Assembly: GCA_963720755.1 (NCBI GenBank)
Contig: CAVRGP010000011.1
Location: 192,001 to 256,000 of the forward strand
Direction: 5' to 3'
Length of the DNA stretch: 64,000 nucleotides
Source: an uncultured Chloroflexia bacterium
Lineage (GTDB): Bacteria; Chloroflexota; Limnocylindria; Limnocylindrales; CSP1-4
The translations under genes and the position numbers were made by a program. The stretch's first letter is position 1. Each line of letters opens with the position of its first letter. Shown here in pieces: positions 48,686 through 58,362 of this stretch. The notes below the pieces were generated by a model, which was not told where the DNA came from, made no database searches, and worked only from the letters and a program-made list of their open reading frames with translations.

Positions 48686-48718
48686 GTATGCAGGAATTGT
48701 ATGCAGACTGGATGGTGG
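48686..48718. promoter_or_regulatory. Putative operator copy 1 in the gcvT-like/ABC divergent intergenic region
   Basis: GTATGCAG occurs at 48686 and 48699. GTATGCAGACTGGATGGTGG (48699-718) matches 56703-722 at 18/20. Overlaps minus-strand -10 TACAAT (48696-701). Plus-strand -10 TATACT at 48731-36. Confidence 0.6.
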
Positions 48719-48760
48719 GCGATGGGCCGGTATACTCCTCGCCCCTGAGGAGATCCCACG

Positions 48761-51700
48761 TTGGTTTCTGCGTTCGGCGCCTTGTCGGGCATCAGCCTCA
48801 GGCGCTCCCGGGCGGACTGGCCGATCGTCGCGTCGGCCGGACTCATCTGCCTCCTGGCCGCAACGCTCCTGGCGGCCGGGTCGATCTACGGCTCGGCTGT
48901 CGCCCAGGCCGGCCTGCAGCGGGCGCTGACCGACGCGTCAGTCGAGGATGGCGGCGTCACGGTCGTCACGCGAACCCAGCCCGGCCGGTCGGACGAGCTC
49001 GATGCGACCATCGCATCTGCGATCACGGAGGTCCTCGGGCCGGGTGCCGGCGCAGTCTGGCGGTTCGGGGAGTCGGAGACGTTCGCCTTGCCCGACCAGC
49101 CGACCGACGCCGTCCGCGATCTGGCCGTGCTCGGGTCCGCGGAAGCCCTCGCCGACCATGCGACGTTGCTCGGCGGGACGTGGTCAGACACTCCAGTGGG
49201 CGTCGCGACCCCGATCCAGGTCGCCGTCACCGACGTGGTGGCCGGCGAGCTGGGCCTGTCGGTCGGAGATCGCCTCGACATCGAGAGTCGCCTCGACCCG
49301 GGCACGGTCGTGCCCATCGAGATCGGCGGCATCTTCCGGATCGACGACTCGACGGACCCCTACTGGTGGGGTGATCCTCAGGTCCTCGACGGGCGGGTGA
49401 CCAGCCAGCGGTTCGACACCTATGGTCCGTTCTTCACGACGGACGCCGGTCTCGCCGCGGCCGCCGGTGGGAGATCCGTTCGAACGACGTGGCGAGCCGT
49501 CCCGGACGCGGCCGCGATCGACGCCGGCGATGTCGGCGCGATCCGGACCGGGCTGACCGAGCTTCCGGCGCGATTGGCGGCGGCCACCCCCAACGCGATC
49601 GATGTCCAGACGGGCCTGCCGAGCCTGTTGACCCGGACCGAACGGTCACTCCTGGTCAGCCGGACCGGTGTCCTGCTGCTGTCCCTGCAACTCGTGGTGC
49701 TGGCGGCCTACGCGGTCCTGCTGAGCGCTTCGTTGCTCGTCGAGCACCGGCGGATCGACAGCGCGACCCTCCGCTCCCGTGGCGCGGGGACGACGAACAT
49801 CGCGGTCCTGGCCGCGATCGAAGGACTCATGCTGGTGGTGCCAGCCGTGGCGATCGCCCCGATCCTGGCCGCGGCGCTGCTCCAGCTGTTCAACCTGATC
49901 GGGCCGCTTGCGGATATCGGCCTGACGCTTGAGCCGGCGATCACCCCCGACGCCTATGTCGCCGCTGCTGTGGCCGGGATCATCTGCCTTGCGGCGCTCC
50001 TCGTCCCGGCGGTGCGGGGCGCGCGCGCCGCAGCGTCCATCCACGGCGTCTTCGCCCGCGGCGAGACGCGGGGGATCGCCCAGCGCCTCGGGCTGGATAT
50101 CGCCCTGCTGGCCGTGGCGGCCATCGGACTCTGGCAACTCCGACACTACGGTGCTCCACTGACCCGGTCCGTCCACGGCGCGCTCGGGATCGATCCGCTC
50201 CTCGTCGCGGTGCCGGCACTCGGGCTCCTCGCGGGCGCCATTCTCGCCATCCGGCTCGTACCGCTCCTGGCGGTCGTCATCGAGCGGGCCTCGATCCGTC
50301 GCCGCAGTCTCGTCCCGTCTCTTGGCGCACGCCAGGTGGCCCGTCGGCCGCTGCGCTATTCGCGGGCCGCGCTCCTGCTGATGCTGGCCATGGCGATCGG
50401 CGTGTTCGCCGTTTCGTACGGCGCGACGTGGGTCGCGTCGCAGCGCGACCAGGCTGCCTTCCAGGTCGGCTCGGCGCTGCGGGTCCAACCCGGGATCGCC
50501 AGTGGTTCGATCCCTCGCTGGGCGCTGGATCGGGCCTATGCGGCGATCCCGGGTGTGGTGGCCAGCCTTCCGGTCGACCGTGAGACGATCCCGAGCGGTG
50601 GGACGCGCCAGACACAGCGACTCGTCGCGCTCGACGCGTCGACGGCTCCCTCGGTCGTCGAGCTCCGGCCCGACCTCGCGGACGCTTCCCTGGCGGATCT
50701 CATGGCGCCACTCGTGGCCGGTCGCCCGACGGTCGAGGCCGTCCGCCTCCCCGGCGAACCGCGAAGACTCCGCCTCACGATCGACTCGGATGTCCGCGCT
50801 CTCGAGGGCCCCGTGGTCGACGAGGCGACCAGGACGACTGAGATCGGACCGGTCGGACTCGACACGATCAAGGACTCGCCGGTCATCGGTCTCGCGGTGG
50901 TCGTCCGCGACGCGCGCGGCCTGCTCCACCGGTTCAGTGGTGGCTCGGCGCCGCTCGACGGCGACCCCCACGAGACGACCGTCCTCCTTGGGGACCCGGT
51001 CGATGCCGGACCGGCATCCTTCACGTACCCACTCGACCTCCTTGCCATCGAACTCTCGGTCAGCCTGCCGCCCGGGTATGAGGCACCCGACGCCTCGATC
51101 GACGTCGGCACACTGACGACGGCCGGGACCGACGGGACCTGGACATCGACGTCGCTCGAGCTGCCGAGCGGATGGCGGAGTACCGCAGCTCTTAACGGCG
51201 CTCCGCACGACCCGGTCGAGTCCGGGCTGCGCGGCCCGAGCCTGGATGTGACGACCGGCGGTCCCGGACTGCCGGTCCTTCCCGGAGCCACGGGCGAGGG
51301 TCCAGCCGTCGTCCTGACCTTTGCCCCGTCGGCGCTCGACGATCTCCGCCGCCCGGGGGCGGTCACCCCGGTCGTGGTCAGCGATCGGTTCCTCGAGGCG
51401 AACGGCCTCAAGGAAGGCGACCGACTCGGTCTGATCATCGCCGGCGAGCGGTATCCGGTCGTGGTCACCGCCGCGATCCGGGCCTTCCCGGGCACCGAAC
51501 CGACCGAGCCGGTGGTCCTGATCGACCTCGCCAGCTTGTCGTTGCTGCGCTTTGAGCGCAGCGGGATCGTCGCCCCGGCTGAAGAGTGGTGGCTCTCGAT
51601 CGGTGACGGCAGCACGGCGGCGGTGAGCGAGGCGCTCGCGGCCCCGCCCATCGCCAGTCGCAGCGTGGTCAGCGAGGCGGACCTGGGGAAGGCACTGTCG

Positions 51701-52144
51701 AGCGATCCGGTCGCGCTCGGGATCATCGGTGCGCTGGCGATCGGCTTCGTCGCGGCGGCGCTGTTCGCCCTCGTCGGGTTCATCGTCAGCGCGGCCGTCT
51801 CCGCCCGTGAGCGGGTGACCGAGTTCGCGCTGCTGCGGGCCCTCGGCCTGTCGTCCGGACAACTGTCGTTGTGGCTGTCGCTCGAGAACGCGGTCCTCGC
51901 CTCGGCCAGCCTGCTGGCCGGGACCGCCCTCGGGATCGCCATCGCCTGGGTCGTCCTGCCGTTCATCACGGTCACCCAGGGGGCCGCCACGCCATATCCG
52001 GCTGTGGAGATCGTCGTGCCCTGGAACGTGGTCGCGGTGCTCCTTGGCGCCGGGGCTGTCGGTCTGGCCGTGGCCATCGCCGGCCTGGCCTGGATGCTGC
52101 CGCGGATCGGTCTGGGCTCGGTCATGCGGATGAGCGAGGACTGA
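48761..52144 (+). CDS. Large FtsX/MacB-type ABC permease (1127 aa)
   Basis: Two TM clusters with LRSRGA and ERVTEFALLRALG FtsX-type motifs and large extracytoplasmic loops. TTG start after GAGGAG. Confidence 0.85.
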   Translation: MVSAFGALSGISLRRSRADWPIVASAGLICLLAATLLAAGSIYGSAVAQAGLQRALTDASVEDGGVTVVTRTQPGRSDELDATIASAITEVLGPGAGAVWRFGESETFALPDQPTDAVRDLAVLGSAEALADHATLLGGTWSDTPVGVATPIQVAVTDVVAGELGLSVGDRLDIESRLDPGTVVPIEIGGIFRIDDSTDPYWWGDPQVLDGRVTSQRFDTYGPFFTTDAGLAAAAGGRSVRTTWRAVPDAAAIDAGDVGAIRTGLTELPARLAAATPNAIDVQTGLPSLLTRTERSLLVSRTGVLLLSLQLVVLAAYAVLLSASLLVEHRRIDSATLRSRGAGTTNIAVLAAIEGLMLVVPAVAIAPILAAALLQLFNLIGPLADIGLTLEPAITPDAYVAAAVAGIICLAALLVPAVRGARAAASIHGVFARGETRGIAQRLGLDIALLAVAAIGLWQLRHYGAPLTRSVHGALGIDPLLVAVPALGLLAGAILAIRLVPLLAVVIERASIRRRSLVPSLGARQVARRPLRYSRAALLLMLAMAIGVFAVSYGATWVASQRDQAAFQVGSALRVQPGIASGSIPRWALDRAYAAIPGVVASLPVDRETIPSGGTRQTQRLVALDASTAPSVVELRPDLADASLADLMAPLVAGRPTVEAVRLPGEPRRLRLTIDSDVRALEGPVVDEATRTTEIGPVGLDTIKDSPVIGLAVVVRDARGLLHRFSGGSAPLDGDPHETTVLLGDPVDAGPASFTYPLDLLAIELSVSLPPGYEAPDASIDVGTLTTAGTDGTWTSTSLELPSGWRSTAALNGAPHDPVESGLRGPSLDVTTGGPGLPVLPGATGEGPAVVLTFAPSALDDLRRPGAVTPVVVSDRFLEANGLKEGDRLGLIIAGERYPVVVTAAIRAFPGTEPTEPVVLIDLASLSLLRFERSGIVAPAEEWWLSIGDGSTAAVSEALAAPPIASRSVVSEADLGKALSSDPVALGIIGALAIGFVAAALFALVGFIVSAAVSARERVTEFALLRALGLSSGQLSLWLSLENAVLASASLLAGTALGIAIAWVVLPFITVTQGAATPYPAVEIVVPWNVVAVLLGAGAVGLAVAIAGLAWMLPRIGLGSVMRMSED

Positions 52145-52147
52145 GCG

Positions 52148-54934
52148 GTGCGCCTCGTTGCTGCAGTCGCGGCGCTCCTGCGCCGGCTCCGAGCGGAGCG
52201 CGGGGTGATCTTCTTCGTCTTCGTCGTCGTCGCGCTCACATCCTTCGTCGTCGCTGCCGCTCCGCGACTCTACTCGCGGGTCGCCGACGACGGGCTGCGC
52301 TACGAGGTCGGTCGAGGCACGGCCATCCAGCGGAACCTGCAGTTCACGACGGTCGGGCATATCCGGGCGCAGACGGACGACCCACTGGGGGGCGTCGCCG
52401 CCCGCGGCGAGGCATTCCGCGCGGACCTGCCGGCATCGGTCGAGCGACTCGTCGGTGGAGAGAGCTTCGTCATCGAGACGAGCCGACTCGGTCTGGCCGA
52501 CCCGCCACGGTACACGACGTTCGTGACGCTCCGCCAGCAGTCGGGCCTCGACGGCCTGCTCGACCTCGCCAGCGGGCATTGGCCGGAGCGTGCCGTTCCG
52601 GCCCCCGGGGATCCCGCCGATGCGCCGCGGGTGCTCGAGGTCGCCATGTCGGCGGCGTCGGCCGCCGAGATCGGAGTCGTCCCGGGCGACCGCCTGGCGG
52701 CGAGCGTGGACCGGACCGACCCAGTCGGCAGACTGTCCGTTGTTCGAGACTCCACGCCGACGATCGAGATCGTGATCAGCGGGCTCTTCACGGTCCGCGA
52801 CCCGACCGACCCACAGTGGTTCGACGACCACAGCCTGTTCGAGGCCGCGATCGGCGGTTCAGCGGAATCCCCGATCGCGTATACGACGGCCATCTTCGCT
52901 CCGGCCGCATACGCCGACGTCCTGGGCCTCGGTCCCGCCACGCGCCTCACCTGGGATCTGTCGCTCGACGCCGATCGCCTCGATGCCCGCGACCTCGACG
53001 GGCTGACGCGCGACCTTCGACAGCTCAGCTCATCGTATGCCACGACCGGCTCGTCCCGCCCTGATGCCATCTTGCTGCATACGGGCCTTGGCGACGCGAT
53101 CGGGCGGTTTGAGGCGCAGCGAACGACCGTGGAGACGGCGCTTGCGTTGGCCGTCCTCGGTCCGGCGGCCGTGGCCGCGGGCGCGGTCGCCCTGCTCGGG
53201 ATCCTGGTCGTCCGCCGCCGCCGGCACATGCTGGCCCTGGCCCGCGGGCGTGGAGCATCGAGCGGGCAGCTGCTCGCCGCGCAGCTGGGGGAAGGACTGC
53301 TCGTGACCGTTCCCGCCGCCCTCACCGGGTTGGCGGTCGCCATCGTCCTCGTGCCCGCACCCGATACCGCCCTGTCCTCCACGGGCTCGATCCTGGTGGC
53401 GCTCGGCGCGACCGCCTTGTTGCTCCTGGCGACGTGGCCGGCGGCCAGGCGTGCCCGACGCGATCTCGAGCGCGACGACCCTCCGGTCTTCCGACTGTCC
53501 CCGCGGCGGCTGGTCTTCGAGACCCTCATCGTGGGGCTGTCGTTGAGTGCCGTCTGGCTGCTCCGCGAGCGTGGTCTGACCACGAGCGGCACCACCGGTC
53601 ACCCGCTCGGGTTCGATCCGTTCGTGGCGGCCGCGCCGCTGCTCGTCGGGTTGGCCGTCGGACTCGTCGTCATCCGATTGCTGCCCATCCCGGTGCGAGC
53701 CCTCGGCTGGGTGGCCGCGCGGCGGCGAAATCTCGTCCCGGTGCTCGGGCTTCGCAGCCTCGGCCGCCACTCGAGCGCCGGCTATCTGCCACTCCTGATC
53801 CTGAGTCTGACCGTTGCCATCGGGACGGTGTCGGTGGTGATGGCGGCGACCCTCGTGCGCGGGATGGTCCTCGTTTCGTGGCAGGACGTCGGCGCCGATC
53901 TGCGGCTCGAGGCGCCGCCCGGTCGGTCGTTCGATCCGGCCATCGACGTGCGAGCCGTGGATGGCGTCGAGGCGGCGGCCCCGGCCCTCCAGATCCCCGA
54001 CGCCGGGTTGTCGACCGGGCCGACGCAGCGATCGTCCGCGCTCCTCGTCGCCGTCGACCCGGCGGCACTCGACGACGTGGTCGCAGGCTCGCCCATGCCG
54101 CTGGCCACGGCCGCCGTGCTCGCGTGGGCACCGACCGGACCCGAGGCGGGGACGGTCGACCAGCCCATCCCTTCCATCGTGTCCGATCGGCCCGGACCCA
54201 CCGGGGCCGTGCTCGACATCGGGGATCGGTTCACCCTGATGTTCCGCGGCCAGACGATGGCGTTCACCGTCGTCGACCGTCGGTCGTCGTTCCCGGGGAT
54301 CGCCCTCGGCACCTCGTTCGTCGTGGCTCCCATGCGATCGGTCGTCGACGGCTGGAACGGGACGTCGCCGGGACCGTCGACGTGGTTCGTCCGGGGGCCC
54401 GCGGATGTCGCCGATGCGCTCCAGCAAGCGGCCGCCGGGACATCGCAGGCGACCGTCGTCTCACGCTACGAGCGACTCGCCGCCATGCGTGACGCCCCCC
54501 TCGTTGCCGCCGTCGTCGGTGGCTTTGCGCTCGCGGTCGGGATCGCCGTCCTCTACGCCTCGCTGGCGGTCGTCACGGTACTGGCGCTCGAGGCGCAGCG
54601 GCGATCCCGGGAGATGGCGTTCCTGCGGACGCTCGGTCTGACCGACCTGCAGCTCGGGCAGCTCACGATCGTCGAACAGGGTGTTCCGCTCATGTTCGCG
54701 CTGCTGATCGGGATCGCCGTCGGCCTGGGCGTGGCCTGGCTGATCGCGCCGGGGATCGACCTGACCGTCTTCAGCCACGCACAGGCCGCCATCGGCATCC
54801 AGATCGATTGGCCGACGATCGGCGAGGTGACGTTGTCGATCGTCGCGGTGGTGGTGGTGGCTGTGGCCGCCACGTCGTGGGTCGCTCGTCGGTCGGACGT
54901 CAGCCACGCACTGCGGATGGGAGAGGACGCATGA
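52148..54934 (+). CDS. Large FtsX/MacB-type ABC permease (928 aa)
   Basis: LARGRGASSGQL and RSREMAFLRTLGL motifs. Same architecture as the preceding gene. Confidence 0.85.
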   Translation: MRLVAAVAALLRRLRAERGVIFFVFVVVALTSFVVAAAPRLYSRVADDGLRYEVGRGTAIQRNLQFTTVGHIRAQTDDPLGGVAARGEAFRADLPASVERLVGGESFVIETSRLGLADPPRYTTFVTLRQQSGLDGLLDLASGHWPERAVPAPGDPADAPRVLEVAMSAASAAEIGVVPGDRLAASVDRTDPVGRLSVVRDSTPTIEIVISGLFTVRDPTDPQWFDDHSLFEAAIGGSAESPIAYTTAIFAPAAYADVLGLGPATRLTWDLSLDADRLDARDLDGLTRDLRQLSSSYATTGSSRPDAILLHTGLGDAIGRFEAQRTTVETALALAVLGPAAVAAGAVALLGILVVRRRRHMLALARGRGASSGQLLAAQLGEGLLVTVPAALTGLAVAIVLVPAPDTALSSTGSILVALGATALLLLATWPAARRARRDLERDDPPVFRLSPRRLVFETLIVGLSLSAVWLLRERGLTTSGTTGHPLGFDPFVAAAPLLVGLAVGLVVIRLLPIPVRALGWVAARRRNLVPVLGLRSLGRHSSAGYLPLLILSLTVAIGTVSVVMAATLVRGMVLVSWQDVGADLRLEAPPGRSFDPAIDVRAVDGVEAAAPALQIPDAGLSTGPTQRSSALLVAVDPAALDDVVAGSPMPLATAAVLAWAPTGPEAGTVDQPIPSIVSDRPGPTGAVLDIGDRFTLMFRGQTMAFTVVDRRSSFPGIALGTSFVVAPMRSVVDGWNGTSPGPSTWFVRGPADVADALQQAAAGTSQATVVSRYERLAAMRDAPLVAAVVGGFALAVGIAVLYASLAVVTVLALEAQRRSREMAFLRTLGLTDLQLGQLTIVEQGVPLMFALLIGIAVGLGVAWLIAPGIDLTVFSHAQAAIGIQIDWPTIGEVTLSIVAVVVVAVAATSWVARRSDVSHALRMGEDA

Positions 54935-54956
54935 TGTCGTCGAACATGAGGTCCCG

Positions 54957-55916
54957 ATGAACGAGCCGCTTCCCGAGATCATCGACCTCCCGACCGCCGA
55001 ACGTCGGGCCAGGACGCCTCGCCCACGATTCGGCGGGCGCGCCATCATCGTGTGCGACAACCTGGTCAAGATCTACAAGGTCGCCGATCTCGAGGTGGTC
55101 GCCCTCCAGGGTCTCGACCTCCTCGTCGAACCGGGTGAATTCATCGCCCTCAACGGTGCGTCCGGTTCGGGTAAGAGCACGCTCCTGAACATCCTCGGGG
55201 GTCTCGATGTGCCGACCGCCGGCCGCGCCGTGGTGGCCGGCCATGAGCTCACCGACATCGGCTCGCGCGAACAGACGCGCTACCTCCGACACGTCATCGG
55301 GTTCGTGTGGCAGCAGACGTCACGAAACCTCATGCCCTACCTGACGGCGCTCGAGAACGTCGCACTGCCGATGGTCCTCGATGGGGTCTCGTCGCGCGAC
55401 CGGGCCGCCTTCGCCCGTGAGCTGCTCGAGCGAGTCGGTCTCGCGGATCGCGCGGATCACCGACCTGACGCGATGTCGGGCGGCCAACAACAGCGTGTTT
55501 CGATCGCGGTCGCCCTCGCCAATCGCCCCGAGGTGCTCCTTGCCGACGAGCCGACCGGCGAGCTGGATACGACGACGGCGCACGAGATCTTCGACCTGTT
55601 CCGGAGTCTGAACCGAGAGCTCGGGATCACGATCGTCGTGGCGACCCACGATGCGCTCATCAGTGACCAGGTGAACCGCACCGTCGCCATCCGCGATGGT
55701 CGGGTCTCGAGTGAGGTGCTGCGGGAGCAGCGCATCTCGGATATCGGCGACCACCACCTGGTGTCGACCGAATATGCCGTCCTCGACCGGGCCGGCCGGC
55801 TCCAGCTGCCCAGGAGCCAGGTCGACGCTCTCCGGCTCGAACAGCGAGTCCGGCTCGAACTGCTCGACGACCACATCGAGATCTGGCCCGACCGCGACGA
55901 TCGGGGCGACCGATGA
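54957..55916 (+). CDS. LolD/MacB-type ABC ATPase with AbrB/MraZ-like C-terminal tail
   Basis: GASGSGKS, MSGGQQQRV, LADEPTGELD, ATHD. Tail LDRAGRLQLP...IEIWP. Confidence 0.9.
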   Translation: MNEPLPEIIDLPTAERRARTPRPRFGGRAIIVCDNLVKIYKVADLEVVALQGLDLLVEPGEFIALNGASGSGKSTLLNILGGLDVPTAGRAVVAGHELTDIGSREQTRYLRHVIGFVWQQTSRNLMPYLTALENVALPMVLDGVSSRDRAAFARELLERVGLADRADHRPDAMSGGQQQRVSIAVALANRPEVLLADEPTGELDTTTAHEIFDLFRSLNRELGITIVVATHDALISDQVNRTVAIRDGRVSSEVLREQRISDIGDHHLVSTEYAVLDRAGRLQLPRSQVDALRLEQRVRLELLDDHIEIWPDRDDRGDR

Positions 55917-56647
55917 GCGGGACCTCTCGCCTGGCTCTCGGGCGGACGGATCCGTCGGCTCCGACCGGCCCGATCATCGAGACGCGCGGGTTGACCCGCG
56001 ACTTCCAGGTGGGTTCGAGCGTCGTCCACGCCCTGGTCGACGTCGATCTGCGTGCCGAGCGCGGGGAGCTCCTCGCCGTGCGCGGGCGGTCGGGATCGGG
56101 CAAGACGACCCTCCTGTCGGTCCTGGGCGGCCTGGACCGGCCGACGGCGGGGCAGGTGCTGGTCGACGGACGCTCGGTCGGGGAGATGGGTCAGGGGGAG
56201 CTGGTCGAATTGCGACGGCGCAAGATCGGCTTCATCTTCCAGGCGTTCGGCCTGCTCTCGATCCTGTCGGCCGCCGAGAACGTCGAAGTGCCCCTCCGAC
56301 TCGTCGCGGCGGATCCGGGCGAGCGCGACGAGCGCGTCGTGGTCCTCCTCGGCCTCGTCGGGTTGAGCGACCGCGCCAGGCACCGGCCCCATGAGCTTTC
56401 GGGCGGGGAGCAACAGCGGGTCGCGATCGCTCGCGCTCTGGCCAATCGGCCGGACCTCCTGCTCGCCGACGAGCCGACGGGCCAACTCGATTCGGCCACC
56501 GGCCGGTCGATCATGAGCCTGCTCCGAGCCGTCGTTCGGAGCGAGGGGTTGACCGCGATCATCGCCACGCACGATCCCCTGCTCATTGACCTCGCCGACA
56601 GGGTGATCGAACTGCGTGATGGGCGGCTGGTCGGTGACACCGCCTGA
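55913..56647 (+). CDS. LolD/MacB-type ABC ATPase
   Basis: GRSGSGKT, LSGGEQQRVAIARAL, ADEPTGQLD, ATHD. Confidence 0.92.
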   Translation: MSGTSRLALGRTDPSAPTGPIIETRGLTRDFQVGSSVVHALVDVDLRAERGELLAVRGRSGSGKTTLLSVLGGLDRPTAGQVLVDGRSVGEMGQGELVELRRRKIGFIFQAFGLLSILSAAENVEVPLRLVAADPGERDERVVVLLGLVGLSDRARHRPHELSGGEQQRVAIARALANRPDLLLADEPTGQLDSATGRSIMSLLRAVVRSEGLTAIIATHDPLLIDLADRVIELRDGRLVGDTA

Positions 56648-56686
56648 CCCGGGCATTCGTGCCCATCTGTGTCGGGGTACGTCGAG

Positions 56687-56722
56687 TAGACTTGCATCAA
56701 ACGTATGCAGTCTGGATAGTGG
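56687..56722 (+). promoter_or_regulatory. -10 element and putative operator copy 2 upstream of the flavoprotein pair
   Basis: TAGACT (56687-92), then inverted repeat TGCAT-N7-ATGCA (56693-709) and GTATGCAGTCTGGATAGTGG (56703-722). Confidence 0.6.
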
Positions 56723-56737
56723 CGGAGGACGCTCGCC

Positions 56738-58360
56738 TTGGCCCAGTCGTACGACGCGATCATCATCGGCGGAGGCCACAACGGCCTGATCAGTGCCGCC
56801 TATCTCGCACGGGGCGGGATGAAGACGCTCGTGCTGGAGCAGCGCCACGTCCTCGGCGGGGCGGCGGTCACCGAGGAGATCTTCCCGGGCTTCAGGTTCT
56901 CCGTCTTCAGCTACGTCGTCAGCCTGCTGCGCCCGGAGATCATCCGGGACCTCGAGCTCCCGAAGCATGGCCTGGACATCCTGCCGCTGGATGGGACGTT
57001 CACGCCGCTCCGCCCGGGCGAGGGGCCGGCCGCGGGTGGGGGCGACTACCTGTGGCGGGTCAACGACCATGGCCGGACGATCCGGGAGCTTCGACGTTGG
57101 TCGGCGGCTGACGCCGAGGCGTACGAGGAATATGGCCAGCTCATGGTCGAGATGGCTCGCTTCATCAAGCCGATCCTGGCGATCACCCCGCCGGACCTGA
57201 ACAGCCTCGACCTTCGCCCGATGATGCCGCTCGCCGGTCTCGCCCGCCGCTTCCAGCAGCTGCCGGAACGCCAGCGGGCCGTGTTCATCCAACTGATGAC
57301 GATGAGCGCGTCCGACTTCCTCGACCAATGGTTCGAGACCGACCCGCTCAAGGCGACGATGGCCGCGTCGGGGATCATCGGGACCTACCAGGGCGTCAAG
57401 AGCCCGGGGACGGCCTACGTCCTGCTCCATCACTACATGGGCGAGATCGATGGGGCCTTCCGCGCCTGGGGCATCCCGAAAGGCGGGACCGGCGGGGTGA
57501 GCGCGGCGATCGCCAACGCGGCCCGTGCGCTCGGGGCAGAGATCCGGATGGAGTCGCCGGTCGTCGAGATCATGGTCAAGGGCGGTCGGGCGATCGGGGT
57601 CGTTCTCGACTCGGGCGAGGAGATCTACGCGAGTTCCGTTCTGTCATCGCTCGATCCGAACCGGACCTTCCTCGGGTTGCTCCAACCGGGGGTTCTCGAA
57701 CCATCGTTCGAGGACGATGTTCGCCGGTTCAAGTTCCGCGGCTCGTCCGGCAAGGTCAACCTCGCCGTCGACCGGCTGCCCGATTTCACGAGTCTGCCCG
57801 GCGTCGGTGAGCACCTCCGTGGAGCGATCAGCTTCAGCCCGTCGATCGATGACATGGAGACGGCCTACGACGACGCCAAGTACGGGCGGTTCAGTCGCAA
57901 GCCGTACATCGACATGATCATCCCGACCCTTGTCGATCCGACGATGGCGCCGCCGGGCAAGCACGTGATCAGCTGCTTCGTCCAATACGCGCCGTACAAG
58001 CTGGCACCCGAACTCGGGACATGGGACGACCAGCGTGAGGCGTTCGGCGACGCGGTCATCGACCGGATCGCCGAATTCGCGCCGAATATCCGCGAGATCA
58101 TCCTGCACCGCAACGTCCAGACACCGCTCGACATCGAGCGGACGACCGGCCTGACCGAGGGCAACATCTTCCAGGGGGAGCTGTCATTGGAGCAGCTCTT
58201 CTTCAATCGACCCGTCCCCGGGTACGCGCGCTTCCGAACGCCGATCCGCGACCTGTGGCTGTGCGGTTCGGCGACCCATCCTGGCGGCGGGATCATGGGC
58301 GCCAACGGCCGGATCGCCGCGCTGGAGGTCCTCCGGGCCCGCGGTCGCAAGGTGGCCTGA
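56738..58360 (+). CDS. FAD-dependent oxidoreductase, phytoene-desaturase/PYROXD2-like (subunit A)
   Basis: IIIGGGHNGL Rossmann motif, LGGAAVTEE, PKGGTG, DPTMAPPGKH, GSATHPGGGIMGANG. TTG start after GGAGG. Confidence 0.9.
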   Translation: MAQSYDAIIIGGGHNGLISAAYLARGGMKTLVLEQRHVLGGAAVTEEIFPGFRFSVFSYVVSLLRPEIIRDLELPKHGLDILPLDGTFTPLRPGEGPAAGGGDYLWRVNDHGRTIRELRRWSAADAEAYEEYGQLMVEMARFIKPILAITPPDLNSLDLRPMMPLAGLARRFQQLPERQRAVFIQLMTMSASDFLDQWFETDPLKATMAASGIIGTYQGVKSPGTAYVLLHHYMGEIDGAFRAWGIPKGGTGGVSAAIANAARALGAEIRMESPVVEIMVKGGRAIGVVLDSGEEIYASSVLSSLDPNRTFLGLLQPGVLEPSFEDDVRRFKFRGSSGKVNLAVDRLPDFTSLPGVGEHLRGAISFSPSIDDMETAYDDAKYGRFSRKPYIDMIIPTLVDPTMAPPGKHVISCFVQYAPYKLAPELGTWDDQREAFGDAVIDRIAEFAPNIREIILHRNVQTPLDIERTTGLTEGNIFQGELSLEQLFFNRPVPGYARFRTPIRDLWLCGSATHPGGGIMGANGRIAALEVLRARGRKVA

Positions 58361-58362
58361 CG

